From NCBI GenBank assembly GCA_004022145.1, contig RCNU01000007.1: a stretch of 64,000 nt of DNA; one strand, 5' to 3'. Shown piece after piece: positions 51,242 through 63,449 of the stretch (positions within the stretch are counted from its first letter, which is position 1; every line of letters begins with the position of its first letter). The DNA is from Paecilomyces variotii (taxonomy: Eukaryota). The notes below the pieces were generated by a model. The model searched no databases. It worked only from the letters and a program-made list of their open reading frames with translations, and was not told the DNA's origin. The position numbers and the translations under genes were made by a program.

Positions 51242-51697
51242 ATGTCTAACATCAGAGCCGACACAGACCCCGCTTCAGGCAACACACAGTCTGCCACGCG
51301 ATCTACGACAAGCTTCAGTCAAAGGACTACCGGCCAGCAGGGCCCCGAAACCAGTCGTTGGAGTTCCAGCACGTCGAGCGCGGTGGGAAGTACCGCTGGA
51401 AGCCGCACGCAGCAGTCTACTAGATCAGGAAATGATAGCACTGCTGCCAACCGGGGATCTATTACGAGCAACATGTCTCGCAATTCGACAAACAGCGCTG
51501 ATAGTGTCGAAGCGGCACGGAGACAGACAATATTTGCCTTGGAACATGGTGGACGTACGTCAGATTCCGAAAGACCTGCTCAAGCACTGGTTTCACGAGT
51601 TGCTGAGGATCCTAATGCGGCTCAGCAACTGAGTAGCAGTGGTGGTGAAGCGCAGAGACGAAGGCGAGGGGGTAATGCTGCTAGCAGCCTGAACTAG
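51242..51697 (+). CDS. Small Ser/Thr/Gln/Arg-rich low-complexity protein
   Basis: 151-aa ATG-initiated ORF ending 45 bp from the stop of the convergent APH gene. Confidence 0.45.
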   Translation: MSNIRADTDPASGNTQSATRSTTSFSQRTTGQQGPETSRWSSSTSSAVGSTAGSRTQQSTRSGNDSTAANRGSITSNMSRNSTNSADSVEAARRQTIFALEHGGRTSDSERPAQALVSRVAEDPNAAQQLSSSGGEAQRRRRGGNAASSLN

Positions 51698-51742
51698 AAG
51701 ATAGCAAGTGGTGTTTGCAGAATTCTGATCCCAGATCGATCC

Positions 51743-53504
51743 CTATCGTATATATACCTTCCCGCTCTTATCACTATTGAAAATATCTCGTACTTCCTGG
51801 ATATACTGGGCGAAATCTTTCAGCTTTGAACTTACAAACGAACTCATTCCCGGCGTCCAGAAAGGAGACACAGCTGCACACAGGGACACCTTAGGCGGCG
51901 GTTCTTCATATAAGGACTGCAGTTGGTCCCTAAAAAGATTGAATAATCCCTTGGGAGATTTCAAGGCACTCAAGTACCAGTAGTGACGCTGCTCCAAAGC
52001 GCGATCCATAGTTGCAGCCAGAGAGTAGATCGTGCCCTCATAGTAAAGCGGCGCATTGATCTCTTCTTGCCTAATGGCATTAGTGAATTGCCTGTAGCAA
52101 TTCTCGAATCGCTCATACTCTGGACCAGTAAGTTGATCGACCCCCTTGCCTGTTAGCCAATATGGAACCAACAGATGCTCGAGGGGTAGAGAGCATGCCC
52201 ATTCTAGATCGATGATATGCTTGATATTCCAGTCTTGATCGACGAAGATGTTACTAGAATGCATATCTGTCAGATGCATCACGAATGGCCCGTCGCGAAG
52301 AGATCGATCAGTGAACTGGGAGAGACTCGCCCGCATAAGTACCAAGTCTACAGCTTGACGACGTGCATCGTCTTCACTGAAGACGGCATTCCCTTGATAC
52401 CGGAGGCGATTGTCATGGCCAGCGAGCAAATCCAGGTGGAGAGTGTCAGCGCTTGTATAAGTTGTATCCCGCGCTATTCCACTTGGAATGTTCCAATTCT
52501 CTAGTCGTTGCAGATGGCAGAACAAGGGACGATTGGACAAGCTTAATTGGCCGTCATTGCTAATAGTCCACGAACCGATTCGAGGCTGTGGAACCTTGGC
52601 AAGTGAGACGATGATCCTCGCCATGTCTCGATAGAGATTCTGCGTTTGTGCCTCGGTATGAGGCTGATTGAATATGTTAGAGAGCATCTGCTCATCCTCG
52701 CTCTCGATCCAATCAACTAGGGTATAGCCATAGTCCAAGAAAGTCGTCCTCATCTGGGGGATGTAATCACAGGGTATTGTTCTCCCATATAGACGATGGA
52801 AAAGACGCCAGACATAGGCCTTTATCCTTTGCCAAGGTGTGACGAATTTAGACTGGAAGAACTGATATCCTCATTAGAAACAACACTAAGGGTTGAAGAA
52901 TCTCGGCACTTACGCTGAGTCCACCAGGAACCCCGAACCCTCGTAGAGTTGGAATTGGTACATCCGGGCAATTCTCACCGATCCAGATATATGTTGCAGC
53001 CTCAGATCGTAACTTTTCCTCGCAATTTCCGGGATAGAACTCTTCACCGACTTTATACGGCAAGGGAACCCGGAATGCCATCCTGGCTGGAAGGGATCGC
53101 CCTGGCTGTTTGATAGAAACTGGAATACAGACATTGAAGCTCCCATGTATCCACAGAATTCTTTTCTCGTCGAACATGTCAGGTACATGAACCAAGTCAG
53201 CGCTCGCCAACCCGCAGTGAGAAGCTACAATACTTCTGATGTCCTCCTCCTTATTCTTCATTTCGGTATAAAACTCCCCTCGCTTTTCCACATATTGCAG
53301 TCTTGCTCTCATATCATCCTCTTCATCTTCGGCCTCAGACAGAGTAATAAAGCCGCGGAGAAGAGCCTTGTGTGGCTTGCTGGGAGTAATTGGGTCGTTG
53401 GACGGGGTGTCATGACTACCTTCAGTATGCAGATTGTCGATTCGGGAATTTTCGCTCGCTGAAGATATCGAGTTTTCATGATCTGCTTGGGAAAGAGGCG
53501 GCAT
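51743..53504 (-). CDS. Aminoglycoside-phosphotransferase (APH)/kinase-like protein
   Basis: HGSFNVCIP, RVPLPYKVGE, EKLRSEAATY, catalytic HLTDMHSSNIFVD and IIDLEW; one intron ~52863-52913. Confidence 0.88.
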
Positions 53505-54327
53505 TGTTGTTTCTTGTTGTTCTTGTTGGTCTCAAGGGGTGTTGTGACCAGATGAAGCTGCCTCCCAACACGTGACCAGTTTTGGATTCCGATCCTAGCA
53601 AGGTGGCTGGCGGTGTATCAGTAAATCCGAATCCGGATGTTGTTAGTTAATGACAATTTATTTGCTGAACAAGATGAACATAAATAGATACAGCCCAGGT
53701 CTATTTATCCAGGCCGAACAGTCAAGCTTTGATAGTTGGAGTATGATTACGGCCCTTTCGTGATGAGGCTCGCCTCGGACTCCGATCGCTCAGTTGTGGG
53801 TTCAGGACTGGACGCCCTTTCCGCTGATTGGATAGACTAAATCCACATATCTAAATATAGAACGTGATGAGGAAGGGGATCTCCTTCGCGAGGCGATCGA
53901 GGTGTAGTTAATGTGGCCCAATATTACTTTCACGAAACTGTCCGAGTACCTGGTAGAGATGATGATATCAGAGGCAATGTACAGAAGAGCTGAGATGTGG
54001 TGATCGTAGGGAACTATCGGACATCATGATCTAAGGCCAAATAGAGAGAGCTGTCGTGGAAACAATAGTGCAGGAGGACCTAGTGGAGGAAAGGACAAGA
54101 TTGGGCGTATTTCCCATGAGAATAAATGAGGATGTGAGAAAATGACCAGTTCGTCTTTCGATTGTAGGGGCCACCATTATTGTTACATTCCGGGTCTCCG
54201 TTACCTGATCTAGATACGCACACTAAATAGACAAATATATAGCATGTGTCTCCAATGTCTATAGAATTCAGTAAGTCAGATTGTCTTCTTGTCAATATCC
54301 AATGATAACACTATCGCAATGTGTCCT

Positions 54328-54610
54328 CTACACAAACCTGTAGTGGTAAGACCGTGTGCGATTGACCTTGCCCTCCTTATGATCTTCAGTCTGCAAAAAG
54401 TCAGTTGGAACTATAAGTAAGTACCTATTGAGACCTACTAGAGCTTGAACAAAAACATCCATCATCTCAACTTCTTCCTTGAACCATGTGTCTTGTCTTG
54501 GTAAAAGGGGCCCCTCTGAAAAAGTCTGAGCAGAATCAAAGTCAATCCAAAGCACCCTATCCTGTTTGTTCTCCTGGTACTATCATCATATTTCTTGATT
54601 AAACGGGGAG
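54328..54610 (-). pseudogene. 3' fragment of a fungal protein-kinase-like gene
   Basis: RNMMIVPGEQ/DRVLWIDFDSAQTF...WFKEEVEMMD, then an intron and a final exon. The 5' part is absent. Confidence 0.6.
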
Positions 54611-54749
54611 GGGAATAGGCCTGGAAGAAGAAACCTATCACTTCCCATGTCCGCAATTCCTTCGTCATCGTCTCGTTTCCAAGTTTGCACTTATCTATAT
54701 ATTCTTTTAAATTGAATGGTATTGTGTTTCCTTTTTATGCTTCCATGTG

Positions 54750-54820
54750 TAGCATCTATGAAAGTGTTTTTTTGTCCTGTTCATACTCAGGCCTGTATCG
54801 TAACTAAATTTCTTTCTAGT
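54750..54820 (+). repeat. ~70-bp direct repeat, right copy (in the 3' flank of the ALDH6-like gene)
   Basis: tagcatctatgaaagtgtttttttgtcctgttcatactcaggcctgtatcgtaactaaatttctttctagt. Confidence 0.92.
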
Positions 54821-54826
54821 ATATTT

Positions 54827-56837
54827 TCAGCGCCACAATGAAGACACGGTCTTGGTCATTGTGAAGAATTGCCAAGGTGCATCACAGTGAGAGATGAGAT
54901 CTGCCGACGTCAGACAATTCAGTATGAAAATAACAAATGGAGGCACCCAAACTACAACATACCTCCCATGAATGAGTCTTTGTTTGTCGTCCGGGGCAAT
55001 TGTCCGTTGGAGGCTACATGTTGCATGAGCTCTGGTCAAGATCCCAAGGGAGCTTACCACTTACCAAATACGGGCACATTTATTCCTATTTGACCAACGT
55101 TGACGTGGCGCTGGAAGTGCTGCGCATTGACTGGATTGGTCGTGAATATCGAACATCCGTTTCCAACTAGAGGAACCCCTGTTCAGCATTACAGACATCG
55201 AGGCGGGAATCAGTCTCAGCTTACAGCGATTCTCATTCACGATCTCGATTGCCTCGTCGAGATCTTGCGCCTCAAGGCAAACAAGCACAGGCCCGAATAT
55301 CTCCTGCTGGTAACATTGCATGTAGCGTTGGACGCCGGTAATAATCGTTGGTCCGACAAAATTGCCGTTAGGATATTCTGGGACCTCCGGGTTTCGGCCG
55401 TCAAGTATCACCTCTGCGCCCTCATCGACGGCACTTTGAATGATCTCCTCAACGCGTTCCTTGGCGGCTTTGCTGATGAGTGGGCCAATGTCTGTTCCTT
55501 TATCCAGACCGCACCCTAATTTGAGTGATTTGGCGATTTCAACCAGCTCTGGCAACCATTCCGCAGTCGAGCCAACAAAGACAATGGCACTCAGGGCCAT
55601 GCATCGTTGTCCGGCCGCCCCGAAAGCTCCGCCAGCCACTGCGTAGAGCGTCTGGACTTTATTCGCATCTTCCAAAATGACTCCGTGATTCTTACCACTG
55701 CATTCTGCTTGTATCCGCTTCCGCGTTGCCGTTGCGATCTTGTAGACGTGGTCAGCAGCGTCTTCAGAACCGACGAAAGAAACCGCGCTGACAGCAGGCT
55801 GGGCCAGTAGCTTTTCGACAGCTACAGAACTTCCCTGTACAATGTTGACAATTCCTGTGGGAAATCCCGCTTCCAATATAAATTCTCCTAGCATCATTGC
55901 CGGCGATGGACATCTTTCCGATGGCTTGAGAATGACCGCATTGCCCGTAATAAGAGCGTATGGGATGAACCAAAGGGGTATAAGAAATGGGAAGTTGAAT
56001 GGAGTACAGACAACGCACACTCCCTACATTCGACATCAGTCTCTTTCAAACTCGGAAAGATACAAATCAGAACTCACAAGAGGCTCATGTATTGTATGAC
56101 TCTCGGTCGATTTGAGAGATACATACTGCCCGGAAGTGTTCGGGATACCACACGCTGATTCAATCATATCAGTTGCCCGCACTACCTCCGTCATGGCATC
56201 ATCTATGGTCTTCCCCTCTTCCAGAGATATACAGTATGCCTGGAAAGAAACCGGGGTAAGCTTGTGGTCGATATGCAAGACACCGGCCTGCCGGACTAAA
56301 CTCACAATTTTCTGAGAATTGGCTCGAATTATATGGACGAGAGAGTAGAGCAAGGATCTCCGTTCTGAGAAAGACGTCGTCCGCCATGTCTTCTGCGCAT
56401 CTTGCGCGATCCGAACGGAAGTCTGGATCTCGCTAAGAGTCGAATCCGGCACTCTGGTTAGAATCCTCTGAGTTGCCTAACCAAATAGTTAGTATCATCG
56501 ACAGAGAAATTGGAGGGAAATAGCAGGAATTAATTACTGGATCATGAACCAGTGTCCAAATGTTGGATTTGGAGAGAACCAAGTCTCCACCAAGAAGGTT
56601 GCGGGTGACTGTTGGGACAGCGTGCGACTCGCGACGACCGGAGACGGAGTCGGCGGGCGAAGCGGCAACGCGCGATGGCGTCTGGGGTTCTCCATTAACG
56701 ATCGTCTTTGGAGACGGATTATCTTTCTCGACGCCATTGTTCTCGTCTTGCGCAGAGACATCGTCGCTGGCGCGTCGCTTGGTTGGTCGCGGCTCATCCA
56801 GCGACTCTTTGGATGAGCGTGTCCTCTTCACGCCCAT
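54827..56837 (-). CDS. (Methyl)malonate-semialdehyde dehydrogenase-like (ALDH6)
   Basis: [35 protein letters not shown] (catalytic Cys), [25 protein letters not shown]; multi-exon. Confidence 0.88.
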
Positions 56838-57568
56838 TTCCCGAGACGAAGGGTGTCACTTATCGGTCTATCAATTGAAATCAGAGAGATGCAAATCCAA
56901 TCGCTGATACTTAGACCTAAACCGACGGATCTCCTTCCTTCAAATCTAGCCGGTCAGTCACTCCACCCGCTTGTCGCTAAGTATAAAAGAAAAGCAAAGT
57001 AACAGTTCAGTTCAGTTCTTTACTTCCCTCCACGACGTGTTTTAACGTTATCTTATCTACACACGCATCTTCTGCGGAGATGTTCCATTGTTTATTAATC
57101 TTTATTGGTGACCATATTGTTTAAAACGGTCCACCAAAAGACCGGCGCGGCTGTTCCGCCCGTGCGCCTCGGTACACAATGGCCGACCTCGGTGGCGGGG
57201 AAATTCTGCTTTGAATACGGAGTAGACTAAAGTACTCTACATGGTATAGTTATATTGCATTCTCAAGAGTTAACGAGGCCTCTCGGGTTGTTCTCGTCTT
57301 TCTCCTTTTCGGAGTGGTGAAATTACTCTGGTATGAGCTCTTCGGGTATTTCTCAGCTCACCTGAACTACTTCGGAGTATATATATGCATCGGGGCTACG
57401 AACTCGAAGTTGGAAATATCAGGATATTCAGCTATAAACAGTCAATGGGCAGTAAATTAAACCTTTAATTTGATGACATATCTCATTATCTATTTCAACA
57501 AAAGTCAATTTCATGCTTTCTTCGATCCCAACAGCCGAATGTGCTGTACATACCTATATTTTATTCCT

Positions 57569-59046
57569 CTAGTTCTTCTGAGAGACTACATGCCTTGTAT
57601 CGTCAGATTGCACTATCACGCTCGAGCGCTGCTTCTTCTCTTCCCTCACGGACATGTACAGAACCACTGAAGTCCATATTGCCAGAGCAATCGAACAGCC
57701 TATCATAGCCCACATGCCCTTGGTAAACTTAGGGGCAAAATCGGCAGAATAGAACAGAATACTCCACCAGGCATTGACTGCATTGTTCCCCATATTCATA
57801 CTTGCAAGTACGACCGAGCGTAGCCGTCCATCGTGATCGCGCATAGCATCATTACACCAGGCGAAAAAAGTGGCCTGACAGGCATATACGGCACCCGCCC
57901 AGTAATACGCGCCAAAGACAGTCGCTGTATCTGAGAACCGTGTCAGAATTAGGACGGATGTCACGATTCCCGTGACAGCGATGAAGTATCCCACAAGGTA
58001 GCGTTTCCCTCCCAAAAAATCAGTCAGCGTGGCCCAGAACAAGGTTGATACGATGCCCACTGCTGGCACGCCAGTAGGATAATCGTTCATTTGAGCGACC
58101 GTATATTTGATAGTAGGGTGTGCTTGCATGTATAGCGCCAGAAGGGAATTGGAGGAAAAGGACTCAGTTTCTCCCGCGATAACCCAGAGCATGACGAAAC
58201 CATACCAGAACCAGGTGCCAAAAAGACGCTTGGCAAACGCGAGATTCAGTGGTGTTCGAACAGCACCGGTTTCTGGTACGCGTGATATAGCCAGGGCACG
58301 CTCCGATGCAGTCAAATAAGGGGCATTGGTAGTCGCTGGGGTATCTGGGAACAGAAAGAGACCGTATAGGGCAACTGGGATAGTGATTATGCCATCAATC
58401 TACGAAGGGCTCGTTTAGCATGGCACCGTCACCCAAGAAATGCATATTTGGAAGCAAAACTTACAATAAAAAGCCATCGCCATCCCGACATCCCCCGCGC
58501 ACCGTCCAGCGAAGAATGTATACCGGTCTGAATGAAACCGCCAAACATTGTTCCTGCTAATCCTGATGCAGTGAAAATGCCACTCCGTTTCCCCAATTCC
58601 CTTTCCGTGTACCATGCACCAAGGATATAGTGAGTTCCCACAAAGGTGCTTGATTCTGCCACTCCCAAAAAGAAACGGATGGCCATAATCCCTTGCGGAT
58701 TATGTACAGCTGCGGTGATCATGGTAAGCCCTGCCCACAGAATGGTCATTGCCGGCAAGAAGATGCGCGGGCGGACATAGGTCAACGCGAGGTTTGACGG
58801 GACCTGGCCCACGATGTATCCAACTGTGAAGATGGTATTGATGACAGTTAACTGGTTTCCCTTGAAATTCAGCTCTTCCTTCATCCCCGACACGTATGCA
58901 TTGGTCAAATTCGACCGGTCAAGGTAGTTGAAAAAATAGACCAAACAGCAGAACGTGAGGATGAAGAAATCAAGCTTCCGTAGAAGCTTCTTCTCCGCAG
59001 GGGAAGCTGCACTACCGCACACATATTCCTTGAATCTGGAAAACAT
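57569..59046 (-). CDS. MFS transporter, anion:cation symporter family, pantothenate transporter (Fen2/Liz1)-like
   Basis: [54 protein letters not shown]. Confidence 0.9.
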
Positions 59047-60046
59047 GGTATGGAATTATCATGAGGGCCTCCAGCAGAGCAGTTGGAGCTCTCTGTGTGG
59101 TGACGGTCGGTTGGTTTTTCTTGCCGCCAAGATCGGTCAAAAAGGAGAAGGCATCTCCCACTCTTTTTCTCTCGACGGAGGCAACAATCAATAGAGGCAC
59201 AGACTGCGGTGATCCGATCGACACATTATCCGCCGCAAAATCGAAGCGGCTCTGCCATCGGATCGAGGGAAAGGATTAAGATCTCTGGCGTCGATCGTGG
59301 CCTTCTTTGCGGTTTGATGCCAGCTAAGTACTGTACTTATCATAGGATCTATCCTCGCCGGGCATCATCCACTGTCGTCCATTCTTCCTTCTCCACCCCG
59401 CAGGTACCAGTAAGCATGAGGATGCGATACTTGGTGTTTCGCAATAACTAGATCGAGCGATCACCATCCGTTGTGTCTGGCTCGTCAGCACCAGCTCCAC
59501 TGATCGGTCACAATCAGAGTTTGCCGATCTTCGTATGAAGTCACAGGTCCAAGACGACATGAACAAGGTCAATGCTAGTGGCCACTGTGACTCGCGTGTG
59601 GCAGTCTTGTCTGGGTGTAACCATGCCATGCTAGGAGGTCACTGTGGTTGTCGTATGACTTGGCCGAGGCAATTGAGATAAGTACCTAGTATCTTCAAAG
59701 AATGGTATTATTGTCACTACCCCGCACGTGGAATCGGCCTTCATGCGACGGTATTATCTGTGATACTTCGACGGATCTTATCGCTGATTCGATATGATGA
59801 TACGGCGTTGATAGGTCTTTCCAGTTGAATGGAGCCGGAATCAGGCCTAGCCAGTTGAGAACGCAATGGACCCTGCTCCACGAGGGGGGTCTACGAATCT
59901 TGCTTATTGAACGGAGTACTGTACATCGGCATATCCCGGTTTTTCCTGGATAACATATAGAAAGGACGACATCACTGCTTTTGCACCTACAGGTCTGGTT
60001 CCTATCTGATACCACATTTGCGTCGCTTTCCTACAAAGACATCAAG

Positions 60047-61929
60047 ATGCTTGAGTATCTCGGACTGTCCACGGACTCAAAACCAAAGCCATGGGAGAGA
60101 ATTGCTGCGGCTAAGCGGCAGGCCCTTCGTGATGCAATCCCTGCAGAATGGGTGATCCCCGCAGAGATTCTTCCTCCCGAAGAAGAGACAGATGTGACCA
60201 CTTTTTTGCGTGAATCGGGTTGGTTCACTGACCGAGAGGTGGAAATCACATCGACTCCTGCACCGGAGCTCCTCGCTGAGCTTTCCAGCGGGTCATGTAC
60301 TTCAGAGGAGGTGACCAAGGCGTTTTGCAAAGCCGCAGCGGCCGCTCATCAACTAGTAAATCATCCTCAGATATCCGTACACGGACATTCGCTAATGAGC
60401 GCAAAATAGACCAATTGTCTATCGGAGATTCTGTTCGATGAAGCTATCTCTAGAGCAAAACAGCTGGATGACCATCTCAAACAGACGGGCAAGCCTGTAG
60501 GGCCTTTCCATGGCTTCCCAATTTCTCTGAAGGACAATTTCAATATCATTGGGAAAGACTCTACCATCGGATTTGTATCACTTGTCGACGACCCAGCCAC
60601 TTACAACAGTACTCTCACGGATCTCCTTTTAGAGGCAGGTGCTGTTCTCTATATCAAGACGAATGTGCCCACCGCAATGATGATCGCTGAAACGGTGAAC
60701 AATGTCTTTGGTCGCACAGTTAACCCGAGGAACAGAAAGCTCACACCTGGCGGTTCGTCTGGAGGAGAAGCAGCATTGATTGCGTTTGGAGCGAGTAGGA
60801 TAGGTGTCGGGACGGATATCGGTGCGTCCCAATCTTATGCTGGAGCAGGAAAGCTAGAATGCAAGAGCTAACGGCGATTTGCTGTGAAGGTGGTTCTCTC
60901 CGGATTCCGGCCGCCTGTACAGGCATCTTTACTTTGCGTCCGTCTTTTGGGCGCTTCCCTAACTCTCAGACACGCTCAGGATTGGCAGGCCAGGAATCTG
61001 TGAACAGCGTCAACGGCCCAATGGCAAAGACTCTCCCGGAGATCGAGCTTTTTGCGAAAACAGTAGTAGGACAGGAGCCTTGGATACACGATCCAAAATG
61101 CCTACCGATCCCATGGCGCTCAGTCGAACCGAAAAAGACGTTGAAAATCGCTGTCTTGTGGAATGATGGAAACGTTACCCCAACTCCTCCTGTCGCTCGG
61201 GCACTTAAGGAAACCGTGGAGAAGCTCAAAAGTGCTGGCCATGAGATAGTAGACTGGGGGCCCACAGACCACCAGGCCGCAGTCAAATTACTATCACGCA
61301 AGTTCCTCGCAGACGGCGCGAAATCCATTCGTAAATTAATCGAGCCCACTAAGGAACCGTTCCGACCCGAGATGAAAGATTATGAGGCGTCCTCGGAGAT
61401 CGGAGTGAATGAGTTATGGCAGATTCATATAGAACGCAACACGCTGCAGAAAGATTATCTAGAGAGATGGAACGCTTGTGAAGGTTTGGATGCAATTCTT
61501 GGTGAGATTATTCTTCTCCTTTCGCCTCTTTGATCTTCAAGCTGACACTGAGGTCAAATTAGGCCCAACGACTCCGTATAGTTCTGTAGAACACGGGAAA
61601 TTCGCCTATGTGGGCTACACCGGTGTCTTTAACATACTCGACTATCCCGCCGTATCTTTCCCCAGTGGTGTCAAAGTCGATAAGGCGCTTGATACTCCTT
61701 ACGCTGCACACCAAGCATTGAGCGACATCGACGCGACCGTGCAAAATATATGTAAGTCTTCATCCCATCTATACTCCACCTTGGAAAACATCCAAAAGCT
61801 ATCAACTCACTCGTCCTAGATAATGCGGAGGCAGTCGATGGCATGCCCGTCAATTTGCAATTAGTCGGACGTCGCCTCGAAGAGGAGAAAGTACTTATGA
61901 TGACGGCTGTCGTACTTCAAGCTCTTTAG
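60047..61929 (+). CDS. Amidase-signature family enzyme (acetamidase/general amidase-like)
   Basis: GLPISLKD, KTNVP, TPGGSSGGE and GTDIG|GSLRIPA (Lys-Ser-Ser triad motifs), GMPVNLQLVGRRLEEEKVL. Confidence 0.93.
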
Positions 61930-62529
61930 ATTCAATAGTGTCCATCTTGCAAGAGGTAGACAATACTCTGGAGATCCAAATTATCCCAATTCCAGCCACG
62001 CTCTAGTTATGGCTGCCCAGTAATCATTTCTTTTGTCCAGACGCCCTGTTCCCCGATCCAATGGGAAATAAGGCCGATGAAAGCTGGGACGCCACATTGT
62101 TAGCCTGTATACTCATCCTGATCTAGACTTCCACATATAGTCGGCCATGCATGCTTATGGAGCCGGTAAGGTAAAACTAAAGGTTCCTCATCTCCCACGT
62201 TTAATCCAAATACGAGTTATTGCAGGGTTCTAGATGAATGTCTTACAATAGTTGACCGTTGCGGCGTTGAAAGAGGGGAATCATGTGGCTGGCTTATTTT
62301 CTTATTATTATATTGATGAATTCTTTGCCGAAAAAAGTCTCCCTGGTTCTTTTCTTACTGGATTCCTTTCGCTGCATTAAAAGCGATTCTCTACAGTGTA
62401 ATTGTCTCGCTTGTTCGCTGTTTAGGCACGATATCGTTCTTTATCCAACATTCCTTTTCTGACGCAGAATTTCTACACTGGCAAAGTTTTCTTCCGCCAG
62501 AATCACCAAATAGATTAAACAATCTCAAA

Positions 62530-62987
62530 ATGAAATTGCTCACCTACATCGCCGTCATCTTCATGGCCCCTCACCTTCTTACCGCTCTTCCGACACTCCA
62601 GCCCCGGACAGTTGACAGTAAGTTGACACCGAACCACATCGACCCCTATAAACAGACATCGACAATATACTGAACACCAACCCCCGATCCATAGCTCCAA
62701 CACTCAGAATCCGCGATATCCCATCATCCGAAGTTGACCTGCCGGCCTTCATAACCGCCGTGTTCGACGGTATCGCCAACGTAATCGCCGCGTCGGGCGG
62801 GGCCGCCGCGAACACGATCGCTGCGACAGGCGGCGCGGTTGCAAATGGACTGGGCACAGATGGAACAGAGTCTTCTTCTGCTCCTGCTTCCACGAACACG
62901 ACTCTTATTGGAAGGGCGCTGGGAGAGAAGGTTGGAAGAGCTGTCGCGCAAGAACTGACGGATGCTTTGGCGGGGAAGAAGGCTTAA
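62530..62987 (+). CDS. Small secreted Ala/Gly-rich protein
   Basis: Signal peptide MKLLTYIAVIFMAPHLLTALP. Intron 62618-62693 joins to ...DLPAFITAVFDGIANVIAASGG. Confidence 0.7.
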
Positions 62988-63449
62988 GTAGGTAGACTGA
63001 AGCCCACTCAACTTGAGGATGGAGTCGTTTTTGCATCGCCCTCTCATGCCGTTCTATGCAGTTGAGGATTATAGGATTTATGGTTACTGAGCGCTAGTAT
63101 GTATCTATGTACATCTCTACATATCACTTCTTTTTATTGTCTCGTATTTAAAAGCACGGAGCCCAGCAGAGAAGTTTGCTTTGGTTTGTATAAGAAGACT
63201 ACATTGAAGTTTGTGGCTTCGAAATGGAAATCTTTCCCGTAGAAATACTCAGTAATACTTAGAGGCTGGGCTATAACATACGTAGTGATTTTGAGACGAT
63301 CCGCTCAACCGCTGGACAACTTTATCTAGATCGCATCGCCTCCAATATTGGGACCTAACAATTTTAGGATAAGTTATTATATCTTCACAGTCATCTATAA
63401 TTCAACGTCATGTACCCATTCCTGTTAAAAGCGATATCGTTTAGATACA

